Below, piece after piece: positions 35,699-45,225 of a stretch of DNA of 64,000 nucleotides. Position 1 is the first letter of the stretch. Each line of letters starts with the position of its first letter. The translations under genes were made by a program, and so were the position numbers. Below the pieces are notes generated by a model, which had not been told where the DNA came from, ran no database searches, and saw only the letters and a list, made by a program, of their open reading frames with translations. Source of the stretch: Bacillota bacterium (GTDB lineage Bacteria; Sysuimicrobiota; Sysuimicrobiia; Sysuimicrobiales; Segetimicrobiaceae). The DNA is taken from contig JAJPJL010000128.1 in NCBI GenBank assembly GCA_021324255.1, positions 26,422-90,421 of the forward strand, written 5' to 3'.

Positions 35699-38600
35699 GT
35701 GGCGGCGGTGACGCCGATCGTCATCTTCGCCTTCATCGCGTGGTGGGACGTCCCCGCGGCGGCCGTGATGCTGGTGTTTGCGGTTGCGGGCCTCGCGGTG
35801 CCATCGGCCGTTCACCGCTGGGCCTCGGCCGCATCGCACGCGCAGGACACCTCGGCCCGAGCGTTCAGCGCGGAGTTCTTGGATGCGCTGCAGGGGCTCG
35901 GCACGCTGAAGGCGTTCGGCCAGAGCGCCGCGTACGGCCGGCTGCTCGGCCAGCGCGCCAGGACGCTCGCCCACGCCATGATCCGCGTGCTCGCCATCAG
36001 CCTGATCACGCGCGGGATCACCGACGTGGCCATCGCGCTCGGCGCGGGCGGCGCGCTCGCCGTCGGCGCGTACCGGGTCTCACACGGCTTCATGACGCTG
36101 CCCTCCCTGCTCGTCGTCCTCATGGCAGGCACCGAGGTCTTCCGGCCGCTGCGGGACCTTCGTACCGTCATGCATCAGGGGCTGACGGGTCAAGCCGCCG
36201 CGATGGGCATCAAGAATCTCCTCGATGCGGGCCCGCCGCTCGAGGCCCGCGGCGGCGAGCGGCCCGCCGCGCTTCAGCCGTCCATCGCGTTCGAGAACGT
36301 CCACTTCTCGTATCCGGGCGGCCGGCGGGCTGCGCTGGACGGCCTGTCATTCGACATCGCCGCGGGCGAGCGGATCGGCATCGTCGGGATGAGCGGCGCC
36401 GGGAAATCCTCGATCGCGCGTCTGCTGATGCGGCTCTACGATCCGCAGGCCGGCGCCGTCCGGATCGGGGGGCGAAATCTTCGCGACATCGATCCGGAGG
36501 TCGTGCGGGCGCACATCGCCGTCGTGCAGCAAGACACGTACCTGTTCCACGGCACCATCGAGGATAATCTGCGCCTCGGCCGGCCGGACGCCACCGCGGC
36601 CGACTTGGAGGCGGCCGCGCGGGCGGCGAACGCCCACGAATTTATCGCGGCGCTGCCGGATGGCTATGCGAGCCGCATCGGAGAACGCGGCGCGAAGCTG
36701 TCCGGCGGACAGCGCCAGCGTTTAGCCATCGCACGGGCGCTGCTCCGCAACGCGCCGATCCTCATCCTGGACGAGGCCCTCTCGTCGGTCGACGCGGAGA
36801 ATGAGGCCGTTATCCAGGAGGCGCTCGACCGGCTCATGGTGGGCCGGACCACGCTCATCCTGGCGCACCGCCTCTCCAGCGTCATCGGTGCCGATCGCAT
36901 CGTCGTGATCGACGCCGGCCGCGTCGTGGAGAGCGGTCGCCACGAAACGCTGATGGGGCGGGACGGCGCGTATCGCCGGCTCATGGGCGAGCAAGCACAC
37001 GAGCGCGGCGAGGTCGCCGAACCGGCGCGGAGCGAGAACGGAGCGCCGGCACCGGACGCGCTGGGGCGCCCCGGCGGCGGGGGGGCAGCCGGGGAGCCGG
37101 ATGCGATCCTCCGCGCCGACCGCCTCGGACTCGGGCGCACGGTGTCCGCGCTGATGCGCTTCGTCCGGCCGCAGCGGCTTCGGCTCGCCCTCACGGTGTC
37201 GCTGGCGTTCGGCCGCACGATCGCGTACATCGGGGTCGCCATCGCCGGCGCCCTGATTGTCGCCGCCATCCGCCGCCACGCACCGTACGGCCCGTATCTC
37301 GTGGTGCTTGCCATCGTCGCCCCGCTCGCTGGTATTCTCCACTGGATCGAATCGTGGCTGGCCCACGATGTGGCGTACCGGCTGCTCGTCGACATGCGCA
37401 TCGCCCTGTATCAAAAACTGGACAGCCTTGCGCCCGCGTACCTGCTACGCCGCCGCTCCGGCGACCTGGTGGGGCTTGCGACGCAGGACATCGAGACCAT
37501 CGAGTACTTCTTCGCGCACACGATCGCCCCGGTGACGGTGGCCGCCGTGATCCCGGCCGCGGTGCTTGCCGTGCTTGCGGCCGTCGCATGGCCGACCGCC
37601 GCGGCGCTCGCGCCGTTCCTCGTGCACGCGCTGTGGCAGCCCCTGTTCGTCCGGCGGCGCATCGACGAGATCGGAGGACGGGTGCGTGAAGGGCTCGGCC
37701 GCCTCACGGCGCACGTGACAGACACGATCCAGGGGTTATCGGAGCTCGTCGCGTTCCAGGCCGTCGGCAGGCGCCGCGAGGAGTTTCTTACCGCGCTGCG
37801 GGCCTATAACGCCGTCCGCTTGCGGTTTCTGGGCGACCTATCGTGGCAGACCGCACAACTGGAGATGGTCACCGGGCTCGGAGGCCTCGCCGTCGCGCTG
37901 ACCGGCGGCCTGCTGGCCGTGCGGGGAAGGCTCGACCCAGGCATGCTGCCGCTGTTGACGCTGCTCGCGGTCTCGGCGTTTCTGCCGATCGCCGAGATCG
38001 CGTCCGTGGGGCGTCAACTGGCCGACACATTTGCGTCGACGCGCCGGCTACAGGCGGTCCACGCCGAACCGATCGCCGTCACGGACGGGCCCGCAACGCC
38101 CGCACTCCCCTCATCCCACGGCTCCTCGATCCGATTCGACCGCGTCACGTTTGCCTACCCGGAGACGGCCCGCCCGGCCCTCACGTCCGTTACGCTCGAG
38201 GTGCCGGCGGGCGCCACGGTGGCCCTGGTCGGGCCGTCCGGCGCGGGCAAGACCACGATGGCGAACTTGCTATTGCGGTTCTGGGACCCGCGGGATGGCG
38301 CCATCACGCTCGACGGCCTTGATCTGCGCCACTACCAACTCGACCATCTCCGCCGCCGGATCGCGCTGGTGGCCGAACACACCTACCTATTCAATCAAAC
38401 CCTGCGTGCCAACGTGCGGCTCGCCCGACCCGAGGCCACCGACCGCGAGATCGCGCTGGCGGTCGAGCGCGCCGCGCTGAGTGAGTTCGTGGCATCCCTG
38501 CCCGACGGCCTGGACACACCGGTCGGGGAGCACGGGATGCAGCTCTCGGGGGGACAGCGTCAGCGCGTCGCCATCGCCCGCGCGTTTCTCAAAAACGCCC

Positions 38601-38881
38601 CCGTGCTGATCCTCGACGAGGCAACGTCGCATCTCGACGCCGTCAACGAGGCGCTCATCCGCGAGGCGCTGGCCGACCTGATGCGGGGCCGCACCACCAT
38701 CGTGATCGCCCACCGGCTGTCGACCGTCCGCACCGCCGATCTCATCGCGGTGCTCGACCAAGGGCGCCTGGTCGAAACGGGGACGCACGCCGGCCTCCTG
38801 GCGCGCGGCGGGCTCTACGCCGCGCTCGTCGGGCGGCAGCTTGGCGGCCTGCAATGCGCACCCCAGCGGATGTCGTCCTAA
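35699..38881 (+). CDS. fused ABC transporter, two TMD-NBD halves (CydD-CydC-like thiol exporter architecture)
   Basis: The first half carries Walker A GMSGAGKSS, the signature LSGGQRQR and Walker B ILILDEA. The second half carries GPSGAGKTT, LSGGQRQR and VLILDEA. Each NBD is preceded by a six-TM domain. The listed start is a GTG internal to the likely full gene (see 35285). Confidence 0.75.
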   Translation: MAAVTPIVIFAFIAWWDVPAAAVMLVFAVAGLAVPSAVHRWASAASHAQDTSARAFSAEFLDALQGLGTLKAFGQSAAYGRLLGQRARTLAHAMIRVLAISLITRGITDVAIALGAGGALAVGAYRVSHGFMTLPSLLVVLMAGTEVFRPLRDLRTVMHQGLTGQAAAMGIKNLLDAGPPLEARGGERPAALQPSIAFENVHFSYPGGRRAALDGLSFDIAAGERIGIVGMSGAGKSSIARLLMRLYDPQAGAVRIGGRNLRDIDPEVVRAHIAVVQQDTYLFHGTIEDNLRLGRPDATAADLEAAARAANAHEFIAALPDGYASRIGERGAKLSGGQRQRLAIARALLRNAPILILDEALSSVDAENEAVIQEALDRLMVGRTTLILAHRLSSVIGADRIVVIDAGRVVESGRHETLMGRDGAYRRLMGEQAHERGEVAEPARSENGAPAPDALGRPGGGGAAGEPDAILRADRLGLGRTVSALMRFVRPQRLRLALTVSLAFGRTIAYIGVAIAGALIVAAIRRHAPYGPYLVVLAIVAPLAGILHWIESWLAHDVAYRLLVDMRIALYQKLDSLAPAYLLRRRSGDLVGLATQDIETIEYFFAHTIAPVTVAAVIPAAVLAVLAAVAWPTAAALAPFLVHALWQPLFVRRRIDEIGGRVREGLGRLTAHVTDTIQGLSELVAFQAVGRRREEFLTALRAYNAVRLRFLGDLSWQTAQLEMVTGLGGLAVALTGGLLAVRGRLDPGMLPLLTLLAVSAFLPIAEIASVGRQLADTFASTRRLQAVHAEPIAVTDGPATPALPSSHGSSIRFDRVTFAYPETARPALTSVTLEVPAGATVALVGPSGAGKTTMANLLLRFWDPRDGAITLDGLDLRHYQLDHLRRRIALVAEHTYLFNQTLRANVRLARPEATDREIALAVERAALSEFVASLPDGLDTPVGEHGMQLSGGQRQRVAIARAFLKNAPVLILDEATSHLDAVNEALIREALADLMRGRTTIVIAHRLSTVRTADLIAVLDQGRLVETGTHAGLLARGGLYAALVGRQLGGLQCAPQRMSS

Positions 38882-39531
38882 GCCTGTGCCCCTTGGCGGC
38901 GCGCCCGGGCGTCACGCGCGTACCGAAGCGTCCACCAGATCAACGCCGCGGTGATCCCCCAGGACTCGATCGGCCCGACGACCAGCACTTGCGGAATCGA
39001 CAACGTGAGCACCAGCGCGATCTTGATCGCTACTCCCGCGATCCATCCGGCGCCCCGCACGGCAGTCATCACCCGAAATGTACGGCGGGCCCCCGGGAGT
39101 TCCCAGAGCGCGTTGAACTGAGCGACCCGGGCCGGATCGTGCCCGGTGCTGAAATCCCGTCCGATAAAGAACAAGAGCGGGCGGGGCCACCACAGCGACG
39201 CCAGGCACACGATGGCCAGGGCGCCGGTGACAAACGACTCTCGCAGCAACACCATCCGGGCGTCGCCGCTCATGAACGCGGTGACGGCCCCGACCCCGAT
39301 CCCTACCAGCACCACGACCCCGATGATGTCCAGCGTCCGGCTTCGCATCAGGCTGAGCACGTTGGCGAGGACCGGGAACGTTCCCGAGAGGACGAGGGCG
39401 AGAGCCGGTGACATTGCCGGGGCAAACCGGATCAGGTAATGATAGGTAAGGTACGGGCACGCGACATCCAACACGAGCATCGGCAAAACGCGCCGGATGT
39501 TGAACCCTTCGTCAGATCGGACGACCCCCAC
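38878..39531 (-). CDS. hypothetical polytopic membrane protein
   Basis: It has 5-6 TM helices. Its stop overlaps the ABC gene end by 4 nt (convergent). No soluble domain was recognised. Confidence 0.5.
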   Translation of the reverse strand: MGVVRSDEGFNIRRVLPMLVLDVACPYLTYHYLIRFAPAMSPALALVLSGTFPVLANVLSLMRSRTLDIIGVVVLVGIGVGAVTAFMSGDARMVLLRESFVTGALAIVCLASLWWPRPLLFFIGRDFSTGHDPARVAQFNALWELPGARRTFRVMTAVRGAGWIAGVAIKIALVLTLSIPQVLVVGPIESWGITAALIWWTLRYARDARARRQGAQA

Positions 39532-39594
39532 TGCTCCCCCCTCCTTCCCCGATGCGAGGGTACTCTCACAGATACACGCACCCCAGCCGCCGTG

Positions 39595-40655
39595 TCAAGT
39601 AGCGCCACGATAATCCTTCGACGGTTGCCGTATGGTGCGCGCTTCCTTGTCGGAGCGCAGTGCTCTCAGCGACGGATGCCGCAGGCCATCGGCGAGACGT
39701 TCCGCGTACTCCACGTCGACGACCAGGGCCGGCCTGACCCAGCGTGGCGGGAGATCTGTGCGGAGCTCGCCCCAGTGGTCGCGGAGCGCCGGGACCGGCG
39801 CGAACGGGCACCTCTCGATCTCGGTGGCCCGCAGGCGATCGAGCAGATCCCGGCGCGTCTCGAGCGACAGACCGCTGCTGACCAGGCCGGCGAAGACGAG
39901 CTTGCCCTTGCGATCGTACTGACCTAGGATCAGCGTGCTGAGCCGACCCGGCGCCGACGATAACCCCCAACGACAAACTCCTCGCGCCGGCGGAACGCGA
40001 TCTTGCGCCAGTCCCGAGTCCGTTTGCCCGGGTGGTACGTGCTCGCGAGCCGCTTGGCGACCACGCCCTCGAGGCCGTGCCGCTGGCATTCCTGGTAGAC
40101 GAACGTGCCGAGCGCGCCAGGGTACGGGTCCGTCACGCGCACGGCGTCGCTTGTGAGCACCGGTTTCAGCGCGACCAGGACGTCCCGCCGTTCCCGGAGG
40201 GACCGCTCCTTGAGATTATGCCCGTTCACGTACACGCAGTCGAACACGACGTACGTCATGTGGCCGGCGCGAGGCTGCCTGCTCGGCCGCAGCCACTGCT
40301 GGAGCATGGCGAAGTCTGGACGCCCCTCGGCGTCGACGGCCACGACCTCGCCGTCCAGGACGACCTGGACGGCGACCGCCATCAGTGACTCCGCGATCGG
40401 TGCAAACAGGCCCGTGAAGTTCTGCAGGGTCCGCGACAATAGCCGGACGTGCGTCCCGTGGACGTAGGAAACGATGCGGATCCCGTCCCACTTGGGCTCG
40501 TACGTCCAGCGCGGGTCGTCGAACGGCTCCTTGCCCGGCTCCGCGAGCATCGGCCGAAATGGTTTCGGGAAGCGCGTCGGCCCCGGCTTGTCGAGCGCCA
40601 CGCGGGCCAGGGCCCGTCGCGTGCTCGCGGTGAGTTTGATGGGCAAGATCGACAT
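39595..40655 (-). pseudogene. ATP-dependent DNA ligase (LigD ligase-domain type), disrupted by a -1/+2 frameshift near 39935-39960
   Basis: Frame A (39930..40805) carries the adenylation motif EPKWDGIR and ends ...EEFVVGGYRRRRVGSAR*. Frame B (39595..40089) continues in register with the OB domain (LSTLILGQYDRKGKLVFAGLVSSGLS...). The junction maps to gtcggctcagcacgctgatc. The ATG at 40655 lies 5 nt after the deaminase stop. Confidence 0.65.
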
Positions 40656-40660
40656 GGGCG

Positions 40661-41071
40661 CTACCGGGGACGCGGCCACCGGCGATACTTGTTGGGCAGC
40701 AACTGTCCGATCGGCGCGACCGTCGGCCGGTCCGGATGGGAGCCCGGGACGATGACCAGCGCGTCCGGGGCGTAATCTGAGATCAGCTCTCGACACATAC
40801 CGCACGGCGCGACGACGGCGCCGGCCTGGTTCACCGCCACGATCATTGCGACGTCGGTGTCGCCGGCGGCCGCGGCCATCCCGAGCGCCACGGCTTCGGC
40901 ACAGACTGCAATTCGGCCCACGGTCGCCTCGAGGTGCACGGCGGAGAACACGGCGCCGGCGTTGGTCCGGAGGGCCGCTCCGACATGGTGAAAGCCGGGA
41001 CGATGCCGCAATCGAATGATGGAAGCTGCGGCCTCGAGGAGCGCGCTCGCGTCACGATCCAGGGGTTGCAT
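40661..41071 (-). CDS. cytidine/deoxycytidylate deaminase-family zinc-binding protein
   Basis: The Zn-binding motifs are present: HLEATVGR...CAEAVA (H[AC]E) and PCGMCRE (PCxxC). Confidence 0.75.
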   Translation of the reverse strand: MQPLDRDASALLEAAASIIRLRHRPGFHHVGAALRTNAGAVFSAVHLEATVGRIAVCAEAVALGMAAAAGDTDVAMIVAVNQAGAVVAPCGMCRELISDYAPDALVIVPGSHPDRPTVAPIGQLLPNKYRRWPRPR

Positions 41072-41340
41072 GTACCGTTCAGTCTACCGCACCGGCGCCG
41101 GTCGCAGGGAGTGTGCACGTCGAGCCTATCCCCCGAGGATACCCTCGCAGTACCGGGCGACCGCCCGGCGAATGCTCTTCGGCCAAGATACCGGTTGTTA
41201 CCGTCGGACGGCGACGCTTCCCCGGCCGCGCGACGAAAGAGAAAGGCTATGCATTGGTGGAACGTCGATACTCTCCACCGGCGCGAAGAGGAGTCGGATA
41301 AACGAGTACCAAAAACTTTCATCATTGTTATTGACCAAGA

Positions 41341-41715
41341 ATGACGGCTGAGGATACCTCGCTCGCCTTGGCCTTCTCTGGGGCCGGACCAGAAGCGCAC
41401 CACGCGCTCGATCACGCGAAGCGGATTGGCGCGCCGCGGATCCTGATCACAGATGCGATGGAGTCCACACTTGTAAATATGGCCACGGTCACGCTGTTCA
41501 TCACCCGCGGCCAAGCTGCGGCATTTCATTCGCTCCACGTTCCGGTAGTACTGGCCGACGCGTTGGTCCTCGCCATCGCCAACCAACAGGGCACCCGGGC
41601 GTTGCGCGAGCTCAAGCGTCTGCAGGTGCTGCGGCGGTACGGCGCGGCTCATAGTGTCCCAGTCCGCCGCAAAGCCTCGCCCTTGGACGGCGCTTCGTGG
41701 ACGCCGGGGAGGTAG
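41341..41715 (+). pseudogene. truncated RpiR/MurR-family gene: C-terminal half of SIS domain only
   Basis: LALAFSGAGPEAHHALDHAKRIGAPRILITDAMESTLVNMATVTLFI aligns with the distal part of the SIS domain of the intact RpiR at 53010 (VAFVISHTGRTRETLEAARNAREQGATVIALTSF). No HTH or first half is found in any frame upstream. A 270-bp lower-GC stretch precedes it. Confidence 0.5.
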
Positions 41716-41719
41716 CAGC

Positions 41720-42733
41720 ATGAGGAGGAAACCTGACAGGTACGCGTTGATCGCGCTCACGTGCCTTATTGCCGTCGCGGCAACCTCGGACATCCCCGTC
41801 TCACAAGCCGACACGGTATCGGGGACCATCACGTACTACACGGTCAAGCCCACCGAGCTCGTCAACAAAGTGGTCACCGACTTTCAGGCCAAATACCCAG
41901 GCGTCCGGGTCGAAGTGTACCGTGCCGGTTCGGGTGACGTCATCGCGCGCTTCTCGGCGGAGCAGCAGGCGGGCGCGATCAAGGCCGACGTCATAACGCT
42001 CGCGGACCGGCCGTTCGTGCAGACGCTGGCACGGCAGAGTCTCCTGGAACCAGTGCGCTCGCGTTGGCTGTCGTCGATTGATCCGCGCTACGTCTATGAC
42101 GGCGGTCGCGACTTCGAGACGGAGCTGGTCGCGATCGCGATCGGCTACAATACGCGTCTGATCCAGAAGCCTCCGACGCGCCTCAAGGACTTGTTGGACC
42201 CAGCGTATCGCAACAAGATCATCATTCCCGATCCGGGGTACTCGGGTGCGGCGTTCGCCATGCTGGCCACGCTCGTCAACACCAGGGCGTTTGGCTGGGA
42301 CTTCTACCGAGGCCTCAAGCAGGTTGGAACCCTCGTGGGCCAAGGGAATCCGGCTGCGGCCCAAGCCATCGCCTCGGGCGAGCGGCCACTCGCCGCTATC
42401 ACCTACGGCGATGTGCTCTCACTCAAGCAGCGGGGCTCTCCGGTGGATATCGTCTTTCCCAAGGACGGCTTGGTGGTGGTCCCGCAGCCCACCGGCGTGC
42501 TGCGTACGAGCCATAACCTTGCGGCTGCCGAGGCGTTCGCAGACTTCTGTTTGTCCCCAGAAGGCCTCGCGGACTCGGCGGCGTTCGGCTACGCAACGGT
42601 GAACCCGCAGATTCGTCCCCAGGGACTGCCGTCGTTCGCGGGCATCCCTGTGCTGTCTGCAGATTGGAAGACCGCCTCCGCCCAGCACGCAAAGTTCCTG
42701 AGTCAGTTTCGCGCGATCTTCGGCCTTCACTGA
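41720..42733 (+). CDS. ABC transporter substrate-binding protein, Fe3+/thiamine/polyamine (family 1, FbpA-like) type
   Basis: RBS GGGGAGG precedes the ATG. A signal peptide (MRRKPDRYALIALTCLIAVAATSD) is present. The fold resembles FbpA/ThiB (TITYYTV...VEVYRAGSGDV...). Confidence 0.8.
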   Translation: MRRKPDRYALIALTCLIAVAATSDIPVSQADTVSGTITYYTVKPTELVNKVVTDFQAKYPGVRVEVYRAGSGDVIARFSAEQQAGAIKADVITLADRPFVQTLARQSLLEPVRSRWLSSIDPRYVYDGGRDFETELVAIAIGYNTRLIQKPPTRLKDLLDPAYRNKIIIPDPGYSGAAFAMLATLVNTRAFGWDFYRGLKQVGTLVGQGNPAAAQAIASGERPLAAITYGDVLSLKQRGSPVDIVFPKDGLVVVPQPTGVLRTSHNLAAAEAFADFCLSPEGLADSAAFGYATVNPQIRPQGLPSFAGIPVLSADWKTASAQHAKFLSQFRAIFGLH

Positions 42734-42745
42734 CGCGGGCCGGCC

Positions 42746-44458
42746 GTGACCGCCGGAGGACGTGCCGCCCAAGCCACAAACGCGCGCGCGAGGTTGCTGC
42801 GGGCGGCAAGTTGGGGGTTGTTGGCCGGCCCGCTCGTCGTCGTGGTCGCCTACCCCCTGGGGCAGCTTCTCGTGGCCAGCGCGCTGGTTGACCGCCGGAT
42901 CTCGGGAACTGTCTACACGCGGGTGCTCGCGGAGCCCGACTACTGGAGGGCCTTCGGCCACTCCCTGGCCGTCAGCACCGCCGCGACGGTCGTCGCCGGT
43001 CTGATCGGCGGGGCGTTGGCGTGGGTCGTCGCTCGAACGGATATTCCGGGGTGGGTCGCGCTCAGGCGCTGGCTCGTCATTCCATACATGATCCCACCGT
43101 TCGTCGCCGCCTTCGCGTGGCACGGTCTGCTCGGCCCGGCCGGGTATCTCAATCAGGCGTACCTGACGCTTTCCCACGCCGGCCCCGTGTTCACCATCTA
43201 CGGCGCGGCGGGGATTGTCTTCGTGCTGGCGATGACGACCTATCCGCTGTTCTTGATCCTCGTTGCCCGCGCGCTCGATCAGATGAACGCCGAACTGGAG
43301 GAAGCCGCTGAGATCAGCGGCGCGTCGCCGGGTCGCGTCATGCGCGATATCACACTACGGCTCGTCGCCCCCGCGTTCGCGAGCGCGGCGATGTTGGCGT
43401 TCAGCGGGGATCTGTCCAATTTCGGGGTGCCCGCCCTCCTCGGTGATCCGGTTGGATTTCGCGTGATGACCACGGCGATCTACGCGACGGTCCAGGACGT
43501 CACGGTCCCGAATCATCTGTCGGTGGCCGCGGCGTTGTCCGTATGGCTCGCCTTGGCCGCCTTGGCTGTGGCGCTATTCCAACTCTGGACGCACGCTCAG
43601 GGCCGGCACGTCATCATCGGCGGCAGAGGAGGACGAACGCGACCGGTGCGGCTTGGCCGGTGGTCCGCGCCGGTCACCGCGGGCGCATGGATGCTCGGCC
43701 TTGTGACCACCGGCGGTCCCCTCGCTTCGCTGGCAATGCTCGCCCTCACTCGCGCCTACGGCCTGCCGCCGGCCTGGGGCAATTTGACGTGGCAGCACTT
43801 TCTGGAGTTGCCATCCGATCCGCTGGTCCGAACTGCCGTGACAAATTCGGCGATCCTAACCGTCGCCGCGGCTACGACGACGGCCGCGATCGGGTTCGTC
43901 ATCTCGTACCTCCGCGTGCGGTCGCACAGTCGCTTCGCGGCGGTGCTGGACTATGTAAGCGGCATTCCGTACGTCATTCCGGGCACGGTGATCGCGATCG
44001 CCATGATTCTCGCGTGGATCCAGCCGCTGCCGGTGCTTCGCGTGTCGATCTACAACACGCTCTGGATCCTGTGGCTCGCGTACTGTGCCCGCTATCTCGC
44101 TGTGCCGATCCGCGGGCTCAACAGCGCGCTCAGGCAGTACGACGGCGCCCTTGAAGAGGCCGCGGCCGGCGCCGGCGCGACCCCGCTCCGGATCGTCCGC
44201 GACGTGGCGGCGCCACTCGTGTGGGGCAGCCTGCTCAGCAGCTGGCTGCTCGTCGCGGTGCCGGCCCTGAACGAGCTTACCGTGTCCATCCTCCTGTACG
44301 GTCCCGGACACGAGACGGTTGGCGTGGCCGCCTTCCTCATGATCCGAGACGGACGCATCGCGACCGCCGCGGCATTTGGGCTGCTGATGATCCTCGTGGT
44401 CGTGCTGGGCGACGCGGTGGCGCGGCGCGTGTCCCGAGGCCGGGCGGCGCTCTGGTGA
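42746..44458 (+). CDS. ABC transporter permease, duplicated (two six-TM domains fused; FbpB/ThiP-like)
   Basis: There are two tandem permease domains, each with an EAA-like loop (LEEAAEISGASPGRVMRDITLRL and LEEAAAGAGATPLRIVRDVAAPL). Confidence 0.8.
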   Translation: MTAGGRAAQATNARARLLRAASWGLLAGPLVVVVAYPLGQLLVASALVDRRISGTVYTRVLAEPDYWRAFGHSLAVSTAATVVAGLIGGALAWVVARTDIPGWVALRRWLVIPYMIPPFVAAFAWHGLLGPAGYLNQAYLTLSHAGPVFTIYGAAGIVFVLAMTTYPLFLILVARALDQMNAELEEAAEISGASPGRVMRDITLRLVAPAFASAAMLAFSGDLSNFGVPALLGDPVGFRVMTTAIYATVQDVTVPNHLSVAAALSVWLALAALAVALFQLWTHAQGRHVIIGGRGGRTRPVRLGRWSAPVTAGAWMLGLVTTGGPLASLAMLALTRAYGLPPAWGNLTWQHFLELPSDPLVRTAVTNSAILTVAAATTTAAIGFVISYLRVRSHSRFAAVLDYVSGIPYVIPGTVIAIAMILAWIQPLPVLRVSIYNTLWILWLAYCARYLAVPIRGLNSALRQYDGALEEAAAGAGATPLRIVRDVAAPLVWGSLLSSWLLVAVPALNELTVSILLYGPGHETVGVAAFLMIRDGRIATAAAFGLLMILVVVLGDAVARRVSRGRAALW

Positions 44459-45219
44459 TCCCCGGCCGCTCGCCGGCGATCGACGCCGTCCTATTTGATA
44501 TCGGGGGTACTCTCGTCGATGTCCGAATCGACGATGCAACGCGACGGGCAGCCGCCGAGAAAGTCACGGCGGCGCTCGACCAGCTCGGCCTCGGCCAGCC
44601 CGGGGACGGCATCGCGGCACGCCTCGCCCGAGGGCTGCGCGAGTTCAATCGGGCGCGCGAGGAGTCCATGCGCGAGGGTACGCCCCGGACGCTGTGGCTC
44701 GATTTTATCTGGCCGGAGGCCGCGGGGACCCCCGCCGGCGAGGTCTTGGCGGCCGCGTCGGAGGACCTGACGTATCTCATCGAGCGTTACGGGAAGGACA
44801 AGACGCTGGTTCCGGAGGCGCACGCGGTGCTTGCGGACCTGCGCGCAGCGGGGTACCGTCTCGGGTGCGTCAGCAACGACATCAGCACGCGCGAAACACG
44901 CGAGCTCCTGAGCCGATACACCCTAACCGACTGGTTTCAGGTCGTGGTCTTGTCGTCTGAGCATGGGGTGCGGAAGCCCGACCCTGCGATTTTCCGCGCC
45001 GCGCTCTCGGCCCTTCAGGTGGCGGCCGCCCGCACGGTCCACGTCGGGGATACCCTCTCGCGCGACGTGTTGGGCGCGTACCGAACGGGGCTCCTCGGAT
45101 CCATCTTGATCCGATCGTCGCTCACCGAGCGCGCGGATCGCGGGGTCAGCGACGTGCAGCCGACCTTCGCCGCGTCCCGGCTCGCGGACGTGCCCGCGCT
45201 CGTCCGAGCGTGGAGGTAA
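44455..45219 (+). CDS. HAD-superfamily hydrolase (subfamily IA-like)
   Basis: The GTG start overlaps the permease stop (GTGA). Motif I reads AVLFDIGGTLVD (DxG), motif II reads CVSNDIST, and motif III/IV reads RKPDP...VHVGDTLSRD. Confidence 0.75.
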   Translation: MIPGRSPAIDAVLFDIGGTLVDVRIDDATRRAAAEKVTAALDQLGLGQPGDGIAARLARGLREFNRAREESMREGTPRTLWLDFIWPEAAGTPAGEVLAAASEDLTYLIERYGKDKTLVPEAHAVLADLRAAGYRLGCVSNDISTRETRELLSRYTLTDWFQVVVLSSEHGVRKPDPAIFRAALSALQVAAARTVHVGDTLSRDVLGAYRTGLLGSILIRSSLTERADRGVSDVQPTFAASRLADVPALVRAWR

Positions 45220-45225
45220 GTCGCG

